Of a stretch of 64,000 nt of DNA, positions 1 through 11,403 are shown one piece after another. Both the position numbers and the translations under genes were made by a program. The notes under the pieces are model-generated. The model was not told where the DNA came from, did no database searches, and saw nothing but the letters and a program-made list of their open reading frames with translations. The DNA comes from a bacterium (lineage in GTDB: Bacteria; Myxococcota_A; Bradymonadia; UBA7976; UBA1532): NCBI GenBank assembly GCA_030427205.1, contig JAUHXC010000011.1:108016-172015 (forward strand), given 5' to 3'. The number at the start of each line of letters is the position of its first letter. Positions within the stretch are counted from its first letter, which is position 1.

Positions 1-316
1 GCTGCGCAGCCCCATCGGGGCCGACGACGTGCCGATGATCTACGGCATCCTCAAGGCCGACGCCGACCGCCCGGTCGACAAGACCTGGAACCGCCGCTAT
101 CGCGCCTACAGCGAGAAGCTGCGCAGCGGTTCGGTCGAAGACCTGGCCCAGGTGACCCGTGACCTGTATCGCCTGCAGGACGACAAGGACCTCAGCTTCG
201 GCGAGCGGCAGATGCTCGAACAGGCCCGCGGCCTGCTGATCAAGGAGCTCTCGCTCGCCACCCGCAAGGGCGAGGTCGAGATCGCCGAAGAGATCGAGGC
301 CGTCTTCGCCGCCTGA
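1..316 (+). CDS. CarD/CdnL-family transcription regulator, C-terminal fragment (5' end cut by the window edge)
   Basis: ORF 29..316 stays open to position 1. The tail TWNRRYRAYSEKLRSGSVEDLAQVTRDLYRL...SFGERQMLEQARGLLIKELSLA resembles the CarD_CdnL C-terminal region as I recall it. The frame is G/C-rich at third positions. Confidence 0.6.
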   Translation, partial: LRSPIGADDVPMIYGILKADADRPVDKTWNRRYRAYSEKLRSGSVEDLAQVTRDLYRLQDDKDLSFGERQMLEQARGLLIKELSLATRKGEVEIAEEIEAVFAA

Positions 317-325
317 GGCCGACGC

Positions 326-1495
326 CTACCCCTCGACCAGCCCCATGGCCGCCGCGTGACGCGGACCGATGGCCGACCAGCGGAACCCGGCGCCGGCCGC
401 CCGATGCCGGTCGGTCATCGCCGCGCTCAGCGCCGCATCGTCCAGGACCCGCCGCAGCGCCGCCGCCAGGGCCGCCGGATCGCCCGGCGCGACCAGGACG
501 GCGCCCGCCGGGCCGGCCGCTGGCGGGATGCCGCCCACGGCGCTGGCCACCAGCGGCGCCCCGGCGGCCAGGGCCTCGAGCACGACCAGCGGCGTACCCT
601 CGCGCCGCCGGCCCACCGGTCGGCTGGGCACCACGCACACCGCCGACTCGGCGAGCAGCGCGTCCCGCTCGGCGGGGGTGACGCCGCCCAGCGCCTCGAA
701 GGCGATGCCCCGGGCCGCGGCCCGCTCGATCAGCCAGCCCCGCTGCGGCCCGTCGCCGGCCGCCATCCACACCACATCGCTCAGGCCGCGCGCCGTGCGC
801 AGCCGATCGAGCGCGGCGAGCAGCACGTCGAAGCCCTTCACCGGCACCATGCGCCCGATGGTCGCGATGACGCGCCGACCGCCGGCCAGGGCGCGCAGCC
901 GCGCGGCCGTCGCCGCGCAGGGCCGGCTCGGCGCGATGCCCATCGGGATGACGTGGCGCCGCGCCCGCATGCCGCGGCCGAGGCGGGCCTCGAAGCGCGC
1001 GGCGAGGTCTTCGCTGACGAAGGTGATGCCGCGGGCCCCATCGAGCAGGTGGGCGGTGAGGCGCGGCAGCCGCTCGAGCAGCGCCACGTCGCTGCCGTGG
1101 GCCACGAGGTGCACCGGCGCCCCGACCCGCCGCGCCGCGGCCAGCGCCGCCGGGCCCGACGGCAGCAGCCAATGACCCACGATCAGCTCGTCGGGGCGGG
1201 CGTGGCGCCGGGCGGCCACCGTCAGGGCGCCCTGAGCCGCCGCCGCCCGGGCGCTGGCCCGCAGCGGCCGCCGGCGCAGCGCTTCGGGCGCGCCGTGCCC
1301 GTCGAAGAGGCCGCCGGGCGCCCGCCAGCCCAGCCGCTGCACGCCCGGCGGCGCCCAGCCCGCCCCCGGCGCGAGGACCCGCACGCCGCAGCCGCGGGCG
1401 GTCAGATCGGCGGCGAAGTCGGCGACGAAGCGCCCGGCCCAGTCGTCTGCGTGCCGCGGGAAGCTGGTGGTCAAGAAGAGCGCCCGCCGGATCAT
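326..1495 (-). CDS. glycosyltransferase family 1 (GT4-type)
   Basis: The N-terminus MIRRALFLTTSFP and a C-terminal GT1 Rossmann region (VVPSRP...EGTPLVVLEALAAGAPLVAS with an E-x7-E-like motif) are typical of GT4 enzymes. The stop overlaps the start of the next minus-strand gene. Confidence 0.85.
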   Translation of the reverse strand: MIRRALFLTTSFPRHADDWAGRFVADFAADLTARGCGVRVLAPGAGWAPPGVQRLGWRAPGGLFDGHGAPEALRRRPLRASARAAAAQGALTVAARRHARPDELIVGHWLLPSGPAALAAARRVGAPVHLVAHGSDVALLERLPRLTAHLLDGARGITFVSEDLAARFEARLGRGMRARRHVIPMGIAPSRPCAATAARLRALAGGRRVIATIGRMVPVKGFDVLLAALDRLRTARGLSDVVWMAAGDGPQRGWLIERAAARGIAFEALGGVTPAERDALLAESAVCVVPSRPVGRRREGTPLVVLEALAAGAPLVASAVGGIPPAAGPAGAVLVAPGDPAALAAALRRVLDDAALSAAMTDRHRAAGAGFRWSAIGPRHAAAMGLVEG

Positions 1496-3315
1496 GGGCG
1501 GCCCGTGGGCGTGCTCTTCGGCGCGGCCTTCGGGGCGTCTGCCGGCGCGGCCTTCGAAGGCGCGGCCGGCGCGGCCCGCGGCGCGACGGGCGGATCACCG
1601 GGCTTCGGCCGGACGGGCTTCGCCTTCGGCGGCGTGCGCCGCGGCGTCTTGCGGGCCTTGCGCGGCTTGCGCTTCGGGGCGGGCGGCGCCTTGGTCCACG
1701 GGTGGTCCTTGCGCTTGTAGAGGTGCATGCCCCGGCCGCCGACCCCGCGCACCCGCTGGTACTCACGGCGCAGCAGCGCCTTGAACGCCTTCCAATCGCG
1801 ATAGCCCTCGTTGCGCGAGACCACGATGAAGACCGGATCACCCGCCTCGAGCTCGGCGGTGACCTCCTCCCACGGGCTGTCGAGGGTGAACTCGGTCTTC
1901 TTCGTCGGCCGGCGCCAGGTATTGGTCAGGTTGTTCGTCAATACGCCGAGCACCTTGTAGAACCTGCCCGGCGCGCGGCGATCGGCGTGGTAGTAGACCG
2001 GCCACGCCCAGCGACCCCAGACCCAGATCGAGTCCGCCGGCGCGCTGTTCTCGCGGATCACCCGCCCGATCTGCGCCGACTCGGCGTCCCGCGGCACCGC
2101 CCGCCGCTTGCGGATGCTCTCCAACCCCGAGAGATCGTGGCGCACCGCCGGGATCAGCGCCGCGAGCACCACCGCCACACCCAGCGCGACCGCCAGCCAC
2201 AGGCGCCACGTGCGCTCGGCGCGGCCGCGGATCAGCGGCCACCAGCCCAACAGCGGCCCCCGCGGATGGGCCGCCAGCCAGACCGCCGCCGGCAGCAGCT
2301 GCAGGTAGTAGCCCTTGAAGAAGCGAAGGCCGAGGCCGGCGCCGACGAAGCTCAGCGCAAAATGCCCTGCCAGCAGCATCCCGCGCACCCCGAGCCGGCG
2401 CGACTCGCCCGAGATCAGCGTCGACAGGCCCGTCAGGATCACCAGCACCGTCGGCCCGGCCATGTACTCGAAGAAGCCCCAGAAGCCGTCGCCGACCCGC
2501 AGCAGCTTGTCCTCGGTGGTCAGCTCGCTCTTGGCGACGTAGCGCCAGCCGCTCTCGCTGAAGAAGTAATGCCGCACCACCTCTTCGAGCCCGCCGTGCA
2601 GCGCGCCGTGGATCAACAGCGGCGCGAAGCCCAGGGCCAGCCCGCCGCCGAAGGCCACCAGCGCCCGCAACCGGCCCTCGGGCCCCTTCCAGCCCTCCGG
2701 CGCGCGCAGCCAGGGCCAGGCGACGATGAGCAGCGCGAACAGCGGAAACAGCACCGCCGCCTGCCGCTTGAGCAGGCCCGCAAACGCCAGCGTCGCGCCC
2801 GCCGCGAGCCACCAGCGGGCGGTGCCCCGCTTGAGCGCCGCCACCGCGAAGACCGTCGCCCAGATGTAGGCCGGGATCATCCACGCGCCGTAGTTGGCGT
2901 CGATGCTGTCGGTGATCGGTGAGTTGAAGGTGTAGATCAGCGCCGCGAGCACGCCCACCCGCCGGCCGTAGAGCAAGAGCCCGCCGGCGTAGATGCCCGC
3001 CGCGGCGACCACCGACCAGAACGCCATGAAGCGCTGCACCGGGATGAGGCTGCGGCCGAAGGCCTCCCAGACGCCCCAGACCATGTAGAAGCTGCCCGGC
3101 GCCTTCCACTCGAGGTCGTCCTTGTAGGGCAGCCCGCCGGCCCGCAGCACGTCGGCGTTGTAGGTGATGCCGGCGACGTCCTCGTTGTGGAAGGCGTCCG
3201 TGAACAGCCCCGACCAGCGCAGGTACAGGCTCAGCGCGGCCAGGGCGCCGAGCACGACGACGTGCAGCAGCCAGTCGCGGCGGGCGGTGGACGGGGTGGG
3301 CGCAGCGTCGCTCAT
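1492..3315 (-). CDS. GT-C fold glycosyltransferase, family 39/83-like (PMT/ArnT-like), with a Lys/Pro-rich C-terminal tail
   Basis: It is a multi-TM protein whose first-loop acidic motif (FHNEDVAGI...KAPG...FGRSLIPVQRF) resembles the PMT_2/ArnT fold. The ATG chosen is codon 13 of ORF 1492..3351; the ORF's first codon is TTG at 3351. The tail is KRKPRKARKTPRRTPPKAKP. Confidence 0.7.
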   Translation of the reverse strand: MSDAAPTPSTARRDWLLHVVVLGALAALSLYLRWSGLFTDAFHNEDVAGITYNADVLRAGGLPYKDDLEWKAPGSFYMVWGVWEAFGRSLIPVQRFMAFWSVVAAAGIYAGGLLLYGRRVGVLAALIYTFNSPITDSIDANYGAWMIPAYIWATVFAVAALKRGTARWWLAAGATLAFAGLLKRQAAVLFPLFALLIVAWPWLRAPEGWKGPEGRLRALVAFGGGLALGFAPLLIHGALHGGLEEVVRHYFFSESGWRYVAKSELTTEDKLLRVGDGFWGFFEYMAGPTVLVILTGLSTLISGESRRLGVRGMLLAGHFALSFVGAGLGLRFFKGYYLQLLPAAVWLAAHPRGPLLGWWPLIRGRAERTWRLWLAVALGVAVVLAALIPAVRHDLSGLESIRKRRAVPRDAESAQIGRVIRENSAPADSIWVWGRWAWPVYYHADRRAPGRFYKVLGVLTNNLTNTWRRPTKKTEFTLDSPWEEVTAELEAGDPVFIVVSRNEGYRDWKAFKALLRREYQRVRGVGGRGMHLYKRKDHPWTKAPPAPKRKPRKARKTPRRTPPKAKPVRPKPGDPPVAPRAAPAAPSKAAPADAPKAAPKSTPTGRP

Positions 3316-3410
3316 CGGGTGGGGGTACGGGGGAGTGCCACGTTGTGTCAAGCCACCCCGTGCGCTATCTTTCGCCGCCTCGCGCCCATGCCCGCCAGGA
3401 GCCGCCTGCC

Positions 3411-4517
<1,107 letters not shown>

Positions 4518-4520
4518 CCG

Positions 4521-5516
4521 ATGAGCGCCGACGGCCCCGCCGAGGCGGCCGCCCGCCCACCACGGCGCGGGCGCAAGGTGCTGCTGGCGTTCGCCATCTC
4601 GGGCCTGCTCGTCGCCGCGCTGTTGTCTCAGGTGAACCCGACCGAGGCCTGGGCCCGGGTGAAGGGGGCCGACGCCGGGCCGCTCGGCTGGGCGCTGGCG
4701 GTCTCGTTCGCCATCTGGCTGTGCCGCACCGCGCGCTATCACACCATCGCCACCCGCACCGCCGTGCCCGACGTCGCCGCCGCGACCGCGCTGCAGGTGG
4801 CCGCCAACCGGCTCGCGCCGATGCGCCTGGGCGAGCTGAGCCTGCCGTGGCTGATGCATCGCGCGTCCGGCGAGCCGCCGGTGCCGATATTGGTGCGGCT
4901 GCTGCTCATCCGGCTGATCGAGCTGTGGGTGCTGCTCGCCGCCTCGGCGGTGGCCATCGCGCTGTGGTTCGGCGAGGGCGAGGGCGTCTCGTCGCTGACC
5001 GGGGCGCTGGTGCTCGGCGGGCTGACCCTCTCGCTCTTCGCCTTCCGCCACCTGGTGCGGCTGGCGGTGCGCTTCGCCCGGGCGGCGGTCGCGCGCACGC
5101 CGCTGCGCACGGTGGCGGCGCTGCCGACCATCCTCGATCGGGTCGACGCGGCGGTGGCCGACGCCGGCCGGCTGGGCCCGGCGCGCCGGGCGGCGGTCTT
5201 TGGGCTGTCGGCGGCGGTGATGGGGCTCAACTTCGTGATGTTCGGGTTCTTGCTCGCGGCGCTCGGCATACACCTCGAGCCGGCTCAGGTGGTGGTCGGC
5301 GTGGCCGCCTCGCAGGTCTCGGGCGCGCTGCCGGTGATGAGCGTGGGCAGCGTGGGCACCCACGAGACCGGCTGGGTCGCCGGCTTCGCCTGGGTCGGCA
5401 TGGCGCTGCCCGATGCGGTGGTCTCGGGGCTGTTCACCCAGGTGGTCAGCCTGGGCTTCGCGGTGCTCTGGGCGCTGCCGGGCGCGGCGTGGGCCTTCGG
5501 TCGGCGCGCGGCGTAG
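4521..5516 (+). CDS. flippase-like integral membrane protein (lysylphosphatidylglycerol-synthase TM-region / UPF0104-like)
   Basis: It is about 330 aa with 7-8 predicted TM helices. It begins 4 nt after the GT2 stop. The protein resembles the UPF0104 proteins that accompany Dpm1-like GT2 genes. Confidence 0.55.
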   Translation: MSADGPAEAAARPPRRGRKVLLAFAISGLLVAALLSQVNPTEAWARVKGADAGPLGWALAVSFAIWLCRTARYHTIATRTAVPDVAAATALQVAANRLAPMRLGELSLPWLMHRASGEPPVPILVRLLLIRLIELWVLLAASAVAIALWFGEGEGVSSLTGALVLGGLTLSLFAFRHLVRLAVRFARAAVARTPLRTVAALPTILDRVDAAVADAGRLGPARRAAVFGLSAAVMGLNFVMFGFLLAALGIHLEPAQVVVGVAASQVSGALPVMSVGSVGTHETGWVAGFAWVGMALPDAVVSGLFTQVVSLGFAVLWALPGAAWAFGRRAA

Positions 5517-5529
5517 ATCGCGCCGGCGG

Positions 5530-7236
5530 CTACCGCGGCGGCTCGACCTTGGGATCGTAGGGGCTCAGCTTCGGGGGCGCGCTCGCCGGCGCGGCCTTCG
5601 GCGGAGGCGGCGCCTTCACCGACGGCGGCAGGTCGCCCTGCACCTGCCCCGCCGCGCCGGGCTCGGCGCGCACCGCGCCGCGGGCGTTGCCCTCGAAGAC
5701 GTTGCCGCGGAAGGTGCCGCCGCCCTCGGGCAGCACCCACACGCCGTAGTAGGCATTGCCCGCCAACCGGTTGTCGCTGACCGTCGGCCGGGCGCCGCCG
5801 TTGATCTCGATGCCGGCCTTGCCGTTCTTGCGCACCGTATTGCCGACCAGCGTGCCGCCGCCGCCGCGGTGGATGTAGATCCCGCTCTGCACGTTGCCCT
5901 CGACGGTGTTCCCGCGCAGCGTCGGCGTGCCGCCCTTGACCTCGATGCCGGCCAGCCCGTTGCCGACGACGCGGTTGTTCTCGATGGTGCCCAGCGCGCC
6001 CTCGTTGACGAAGATGCCGCTCTGCTTGCCCGCCTCGAAGGTATTGCCGCGCACCGTGGGCGCCGCGCCCGACTTCAGCTCGAGGCCGGCCAGCCCGTTG
6101 CCGCGCACGACGTTGCCCTCGATGAGCCCGCCGCCGCCCTCGTTGACGAAGAGGCCGCTCTGCTCGCCGTCGACGATGCGGTTGTCGCGGATCGTCGCCC
6201 GGGCCCCGCTCTTGATCTCGACCCCCGCCAGCCGGTTGCGGGTGACGACGCTGCGTTCGAGGGTCGCCCGGGCGCCGGCGTGCACGAAGAGGCCGCTCGC
6301 GCCGCCGTCGTGCAGGTGGCTCGCGGTGATCGTCGCCCGCCCGTTGCCCTTGACCTCGACCCCCGCCGCGCCGTTGCCGGCGATGTCGCTGGCGATGACC
6401 TCGGCCTTGCCGCCGTCGTAGGCGAAGACCGCGCTCTGCCGGCTGTCGTGCACCCGGCTGTCGACGAGGGCCACCGTGCCCTTGCCGTGCACCGCCACCG
6501 CCGCGAGGCTGGCGCTCTGCACCGCGCAATCGCGCAGCTCGAGGCGACCGTCGCGCACGTCGACCGCGTAGCGCGCCGGCTCGCCGCCGGTCTGGCGCAG
6601 CGTGATCCCTTTGAGCAGCGCGCGCACCGCGTCGGAGACGACGACGTTGGCCCCGCCGACCTCGAGCACCACGGCGTCCCGCGGGCCCTGGCCCACGATG
6701 GCCACCGGCCGGGTCAGCTTCAGCGGGTCGCGATAGGTGCCCGGGCGGACCTCGATCACGTCGCCGGCGGCCGCGGCGGCGAGGGCCGCGGCGATGTTGG
6801 GGAAGTCGCCTCCGATCGGGGCGACCACATGGCGCTTGCCGCGATAGCCCTTCAGCGGATCATCGAGCCCGGTCACGCTGCCCGGCCCCACGGCGCCGGC
6901 GCGGTCGGCGGGTTTGTCGGCGGTGGCCTCCGGCTCGGCGCCCGCCGCTGTGCCCGCGGGGGGCTCGGCGGGCGTCTGCTCGGCTTCGGCCTTCGCCTCG
7001 TCGGCGTTCTGCGCCGCTTCGACCTTCGGCGCCGGCCCCGGCTTCTCGGCGCCGTCCAGGCGCTCGAGCCCCAGCTGCTCTTCGATGCCCTCCAGCGGAT
7101 TGCGCGCCGCGGCGTCCGCCTTGGGGGCCGCGTCGGCCGCCGCGTCGCCCGCGGCCGGCGGCGACCCCTTACAGCCCCAGACCCCGACGAGCCCGGCGCC
7201 GACGAGCAGCGTCGCGATCAAGAACGCGCGGACCAT
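5530..7236 (-). CDS. secreted lipoprotein with right-handed parallel beta-helix repeats (NosD/pectin-lyase fold)
   Basis: The lipobox is LVGVWGC. It is followed by a Pro/Ala-rich linker. Repeated V.GN...GI..... units are typical of PbH1 beta-helix repeats. Confidence 0.8.
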   Translation of the reverse strand: MVRAFLIATLLVGAGLVGVWGCKGSPPAAGDAAADAAPKADAAARNPLEGIEEQLGLERLDGAEKPGPAPKVEAAQNADEAKAEAEQTPAEPPAGTAAGAEPEATADKPADRAGAVGPGSVTGLDDPLKGYRGKRHVVAPIGGDFPNIAAALAAAAAGDVIEVRPGTYRDPLKLTRPVAIVGQGPRDAVVLEVGGANVVVSDAVRALLKGITLRQTGGEPARYAVDVRDGRLELRDCAVQSASLAAVAVHGKGTVALVDSRVHDSRQSAVFAYDGGKAEVIASDIAGNGAAGVEVKGNGRATITASHLHDGGASGLFVHAGARATLERSVVTRNRLAGVEIKSGARATIRDNRIVDGEQSGLFVNEGGGGLIEGNVVRGNGLAGLELKSGAAPTVRGNTFEAGKQSGIFVNEGALGTIENNRVVGNGLAGIEVKGGTPTLRGNTVEGNVQSGIYIHRGGGGTLVGNTVRKNGKAGIEINGGARPTVSDNRLAGNAYYGVWVLPEGGGTFRGNVFEGNARGAVRAEPGAAGQVQGDLPPSVKAPPPPKAAPASAPPKLSPYDPKVEPPR

Positions 7237-7372
7237 GGGCCCTCCTCCCGGTGCGGATGCATCCCCTGCATATCATCAACCGACCGCGGACGTCCGCGCC
7301 GCGCGCGGTATCTGCTACCCTCGATGGGCGTTCGCCGACCGAACCGTCGGCCATCGACCCTGGAGGCGCATC

Positions 7373-7777
7373 GTGATCCGGCTGCCCATCGTCCGCGACT
7401 ACATGGTGACCCGTCTGCACACCCTGACCCCCGAGGTGGACATCTTCGACGCCCTCGACATGCTCGTCGAGCGCCGCATCTCCGGCGCGTCGGTGGTGCG
7501 CGAGGGGCGCCTCGTCGGCGTGCTCAGCGAGCACGACTGCCTGCGGCTGCTGACCAAGGGGGACGCCGACGACGACGTGCCGAGCGGCACCGTGGGCGAC
7601 TTCATGGTGCGCGACGTGCACACCGTGCCGCCGACGATGGACCTCTACTACCTCGCCGGGCTCTTCCTCAAGCACCCCTATCGCCGCTATCCGGTGGTCG
7701 AAGACGGGGTCCTCGTGGGTCAGATCAGCCGCCGCGACGTGCTGCGCGCGATCCAGACCCACGTGCCGCGCGGCTGA
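7373..7777 (+). CDS. CBS domain pair protein
   Basis: Two CBS motifs are present (VRDYMVTRLHTLTPEVDIFDALDMLVERRISGASVV...; VGDFMVRDVHTVPPT...). The GTG start follows a GGAGG Shine-Dalgarno with a 6-nt spacer. It lies inside the longer ORF 6914..7777. Confidence 0.75.
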   Translation: MIRLPIVRDYMVTRLHTLTPEVDIFDALDMLVERRISGASVVREGRLVGVLSEHDCLRLLTKGDADDDVPSGTVGDFMVRDVHTVPPTMDLYYLAGLFLKHPYRRYPVVEDGVLVGQISRRDVLRAIQTHVPRG

Positions 7778-7796
7778 CGGCCGGGCGAGATCTCCG

Positions 7797-8624
7797 ATGG
7801 GCTTTGCATTCGACGATCGGGTCGCGCTGGTGACCGGCGCCGCCTCGGGCATCGGCGCGGCGCTGGCCGAGGCGCTCGCCGCCCGCGGGGCGCGGGTCTG
7901 GCTGACCGACATCCACGGCGAGGCGGTCGCCGCCACCGCCGCCGACATCGGCGCGCGTCACCCCGACGCCCGGCTGGCCCACGGCGCGCTGGACGTCACC
8001 GACTTCGACGCCTTCGCGGCGCTGGTCGCGCGCATCGACGCCGAGCGGCCGATCGATCTCCTGTTCAACAACGCCGGGGTCGGGCTGGCCGGCGAGCTGC
8101 GCGACCTGACGCCCGCCGACTGGCGGCGGGTCCTGGCGGTCAACCTCGAGGGCACCGTCAACGGGGTGCACGCGGTCTATCCGGGCATGGTCGCCCGCGG
8201 GTCGGGGCACATCGTCAACATCGCGTCGGGCGCCGCGCTGGCCCCGCGGCCGGGCATGGCACCCTACGCCGCCGCCAAGTCGGCGGTGGTCAGCCTCTCG
8301 CAGTCGCTGCGCGCCGAAGCGGCGGGGCTGGGCGTACGGGTCAGCGCGGTCTGCCCCGGCTATATCGACACCGGCATCATGGATCGCACCCGCTTCGTGG
8401 GGCTCGACGGCGACGGGCTGCGGGCGTCGATCCCGATCCGGCCGATCTCGGCCGCCGAGTGCGCCCGGCGCACCCTGGCCGGGGTCGCCCGCAACCGGGG
8501 GTTGATCCTGGTGGGCGCCGAGGTCGCCCTCGAGTGGCGCCTGGGCCGGCTGGTGCCGGGCCTCGTCGAGCGCGTCGCCCGCTGGCGGGCCGGCCGCTTC
8601 CGCGCACACCGCACACCGCGCTGA
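7797..8624 (+). CDS. SDR family oxidoreductase
   Basis: TGAASGIGAAL glycine motif, NNAG motif and a Y...K catalytic pair (YAAAKSAV). Confidence 0.9.
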   Translation: MGFAFDDRVALVTGAASGIGAALAEALAARGARVWLTDIHGEAVAATAADIGARHPDARLAHGALDVTDFDAFAALVARIDAERPIDLLFNNAGVGLAGELRDLTPADWRRVLAVNLEGTVNGVHAVYPGMVARGSGHIVNIASGAALAPRPGMAPYAAAKSAVVSLSQSLRAEAAGLGVRVSAVCPGYIDTGIMDRTRFVGLDGDGLRASIPIRPISAAECARRTLAGVARNRGLILVGAEVALEWRLGRLVPGLVERVARWRAGRFRAHRTPR

Positions 8625-8703
8625 GCCGCCGCGCCGGCGGACGGTGCATCGGGGAGCGGGGCTCCGCTACCCTCGGGCCGTCTGTGGCCTCCGGAGCATC
8701 ACC

Positions 8704-11352
8704 ATGGCGCGCCCCCTCCACCCCGCCCGCTGGCTCGTGCCGCTCGCCCTCGGCGCGCTCGCCTGCCAGGCCGACCCGCTGCCCAACCCGGCGATCCCCG
8801 ACGGCGGCCTCGTCGACGGCGGCACCGACCGCGGCGCCGAGCCGCCCGACGGCGAGCTGCCCGACGATTTCACCCTGCCCTTCGACCGCGCCGTCGACGC
8901 GCAGCCGCCCGACGCCGCGCCGCCGCCGATCGATATGGCCCCGCCCGACGCGGCCGTCGATCTGGGGCCGATCGGGCCCGCTGTCGAGCCGCCGGACCAC
9001 CGCCTGGTGACCGTGGTGCGCCGGGCCGACGAGACGTGGTTCGTCTGGGTCGGCGCCGAGGGCGACCTGCTGCGCCTGCGGGTCGACGGCGATGGGCGGG
9101 TGGGCCCGGCCGAGGTGGTCGAGACCCCCGGGGTTCGCCCCGAGCGGGTGCTGGCCCTCGACGTGGACGGCTACCCCTGGGTGGCCTACGGGGCCGAAGA
9201 GAGCTCGATCGTGCTGTTTCAGGTCGATCTGCCCCGGCGCACGCGGCAGGTGCTCGACGGGCTGCGCGGTCCGCCGCTGCTCGCCGCCGCCGGCGACGGG
9301 GTGCTGGTGATCGGCCGCACGGGCGAGGGCGCGCTGAGCTGGCAGCGGGTCGATAACGACCTGACGATCGAGGCGCCCTATGTCGACGGGCTCGGCCTGC
9401 CGCTGCCCGACGCCGCCGCGGGCGTGCCGGCGGGCGTGGTGCTGGCCTACGACGGGCCCGGCCAGTGCGTGCAGATCGACGACGGCGACTGGCGCCCCTC
9501 GGGCAACTTCCTCTGCCCCGGCGGGCAGATGCAGATCCTCAGCGACGGCCAGCAGGCCTTCACGAGCCGGGTCTACACCTTCGGCAACGACCAGAGCGTC
9601 GGGGTCCGGCCGCTCTACGCCCGGGAGGACGACTATCGGGTGGGCTTCTACGAGGTGTCGACGGGCACCCGGTTTCAGGCGGAGGGCGCGCGGCGGGCGG
9701 TGGTCTCGGCCCGGATCTACGACGGCGTGCGCCGGCTGGTGGCCTCGGTGATCGAGCCGGGCGGCGTCTGGGAGACCGTCGAGACGTGGGCCGACATCAC
9801 CGAGTGGCCCTTCGACCGCATCCGGGCGATGACCCGGCGCACCCTGCCGGATCTGGCGGTCGAGGGGCAATGTGACGACGGGGCGGCCTGCTTCGTCGAC
9901 GGGGACTGCGCCATCGGGGCCTGCGCCGGCGGCGTGCCCGCCGAGCACATGCTGGCCCTCGACTTCCGCGCCGACGGGCGGCCGCGGGTGCGGCGCTATC
10001 CCATGGCGCGGCGGGCGGTGGGCCAGCCGCCATTCGGCATCCGGAGCCCCGCCGGCTGCGTGCCGCAGGTGGAGTATTGCGATCTGCTCGACCAGGACTG
10101 CGACGGGCTGGTCGACGACGGCCAGTGCTGCCTGTCGACGGCCAACATCAGCTATCGCTGGGTCACCCTGCGGCCCATCGCCCACCGCGAGGAGAACGGC
10201 CGGCTGACCTACGACATGCTGCTGGCCGACGTGCAGTCCAATAACGCCTATCGCCTGCTGTATCGCTACGCCGACAGCGACGAGTGGACCGGCAAGACGA
10301 TCAACCTGCGCCAGGACCCGTCGGGGGTGCCGGGCAACCTGGGCATCCGCTTCGAAGGCGCGCGCGACGGGCGCTTCCTGGTCTCGCTGGGCGGCATCAC
10401 CGCGCTGGTGGCCCGGCCGGTCGACGAGGACGGCGGCGTCGGCGGCTGGTCGGTCTTCATGGCGCACCCGACCCGACGCCTGCCGGCCGACCGGCCGCCG
10501 CGGGCGGTGGTGCCGCTCGACTGCGACGAGGTGCTGGCGGTCGACGCGCTGGTGCATACCGCGCCGCAGAACGCCCTCGGCGACGGCACCGGCGAGCAGC
10601 TGGTGGTGGTCTGCCCCGACAAGATGCTGCGGATCTACGCCGTCGACGGCGAGCTCGACGAGGTCTACCCCTTCGCCGGCTTCGGGGTGCCGCCGGCGCA
10701 GTGGGCCACCATCGCCCGCCAAGGGGAGGCCGAGCTGGAGGTGATGGTCGGCTATCCGGTGCCCGGCGAGGGCCTGTGGGCGGTGCGGGTCTTCGACTTC
10801 GACGGCGCGGTCGCCGACCCGCCGCAGCCGGGGCGGGTGCCGGCCCAGCTCTCGGGTATCGGGCCCACCGACGCCGCCGCGCCCATCCACCGCCACCCGG
10901 TCGACGGCCGCGCGCCGATCCAGATCCGCAGCGGACCGCGCGCCCGGCTGGCCTTCGAGGAGCAGGACGCCCGCGGCAACGAGGTGACCGTCTGGCGCGA
11001 CGCGCTGCTGGGGCCTTCGCCCGAGCGCATCGTCTTCTCGCCGCGGCGCTTCCGCCTCTTCGCCTCGGCCGCCGTCGAGCCCGACGAGGCCCACGCCGAG
11101 GCCACCGGGTGGTGGGCGGTCAACGTGGTCGGCGACGGCGGGCAGTACGACCTGTGGAGCACCGAGCCGGTCTTCACGCTGCAAGGCCCCATCGCCGCCT
11201 GGTTCGCGACGCAGGGCACCTATGGGCTCGATGATCAGTTCTTCGACATCTCGCGCTACGACCTGGGCATCGCCTTCCCCACCCACCCCGAAGAGGGCGA
11301 TCACACCCGCTTCCGGTTCATCACCCGCGAGACCCGCTGCGTACGGCCGTAG
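8704..11352 (+). CDS. large hypothetical lipoprotein (882 aa) with one MopE-like Cys motif
   Basis: The ATG follows a GGAG Shine-Dalgarno, and the lipobox is LGALAC. It contains one YCDLLDQDCDGLVDDGQCC motif and has no other recognisable domain. Confidence 0.6.
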   Translation: MARPLHPARWLVPLALGALACQADPLPNPAIPDGGLVDGGTDRGAEPPDGELPDDFTLPFDRAVDAQPPDAAPPPIDMAPPDAAVDLGPIGPAVEPPDHRLVTVVRRADETWFVWVGAEGDLLRLRVDGDGRVGPAEVVETPGVRPERVLALDVDGYPWVAYGAEESSIVLFQVDLPRRTRQVLDGLRGPPLLAAAGDGVLVIGRTGEGALSWQRVDNDLTIEAPYVDGLGLPLPDAAAGVPAGVVLAYDGPGQCVQIDDGDWRPSGNFLCPGGQMQILSDGQQAFTSRVYTFGNDQSVGVRPLYAREDDYRVGFYEVSTGTRFQAEGARRAVVSARIYDGVRRLVASVIEPGGVWETVETWADITEWPFDRIRAMTRRTLPDLAVEGQCDDGAACFVDGDCAIGACAGGVPAEHMLALDFRADGRPRVRRYPMARRAVGQPPFGIRSPAGCVPQVEYCDLLDQDCDGLVDDGQCCLSTANISYRWVTLRPIAHREENGRLTYDMLLADVQSNNAYRLLYRYADSDEWTGKTINLRQDPSGVPGNLGIRFEGARDGRFLVSLGGITALVARPVDEDGGVGGWSVFMAHPTRRLPADRPPRAVVPLDCDEVLAVDALVHTAPQNALGDGTGEQLVVVCPDKMLRIYAVDGELDEVYPFAGFGVPPAQWATIARQGEAELEVMVGYPVPGEGLWAVRVFDFDGAVADPPQPGRVPAQLSGIGPTDAAAPIHRHPVDGRAPIQIRSGPRARLAFEEQDARGNEVTVWRDALLGPSPERIVFSPRRFRLFASAAVEPDEAHAEATGWWAVNVVGDGGQYDLWSTEPVFTLQGPIAAWFATQGTYGLDDQFFDISRYDLGIAFPTHPEEGDHTRFRFITRETRCVRP

Positions 11353-11403
11353 CGCGCGGACGTACGGCTGGTCATCCCCGCCGGATTCTGCGAGCGTCCC
11401 CGG

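Noticed and set aside
240-1841. 533-aa minus-strand ORF and overlapping 454-aa plus-strand ORF (356..1720), extremely Arg/Pro/Gly-rich
   Set aside because: They are antisense or out-of-frame shadows of the GT4 and GT-C genes. The Arg-rich low-complexity translation is typical of wrong-frame ORFs in 70% GC DNA.
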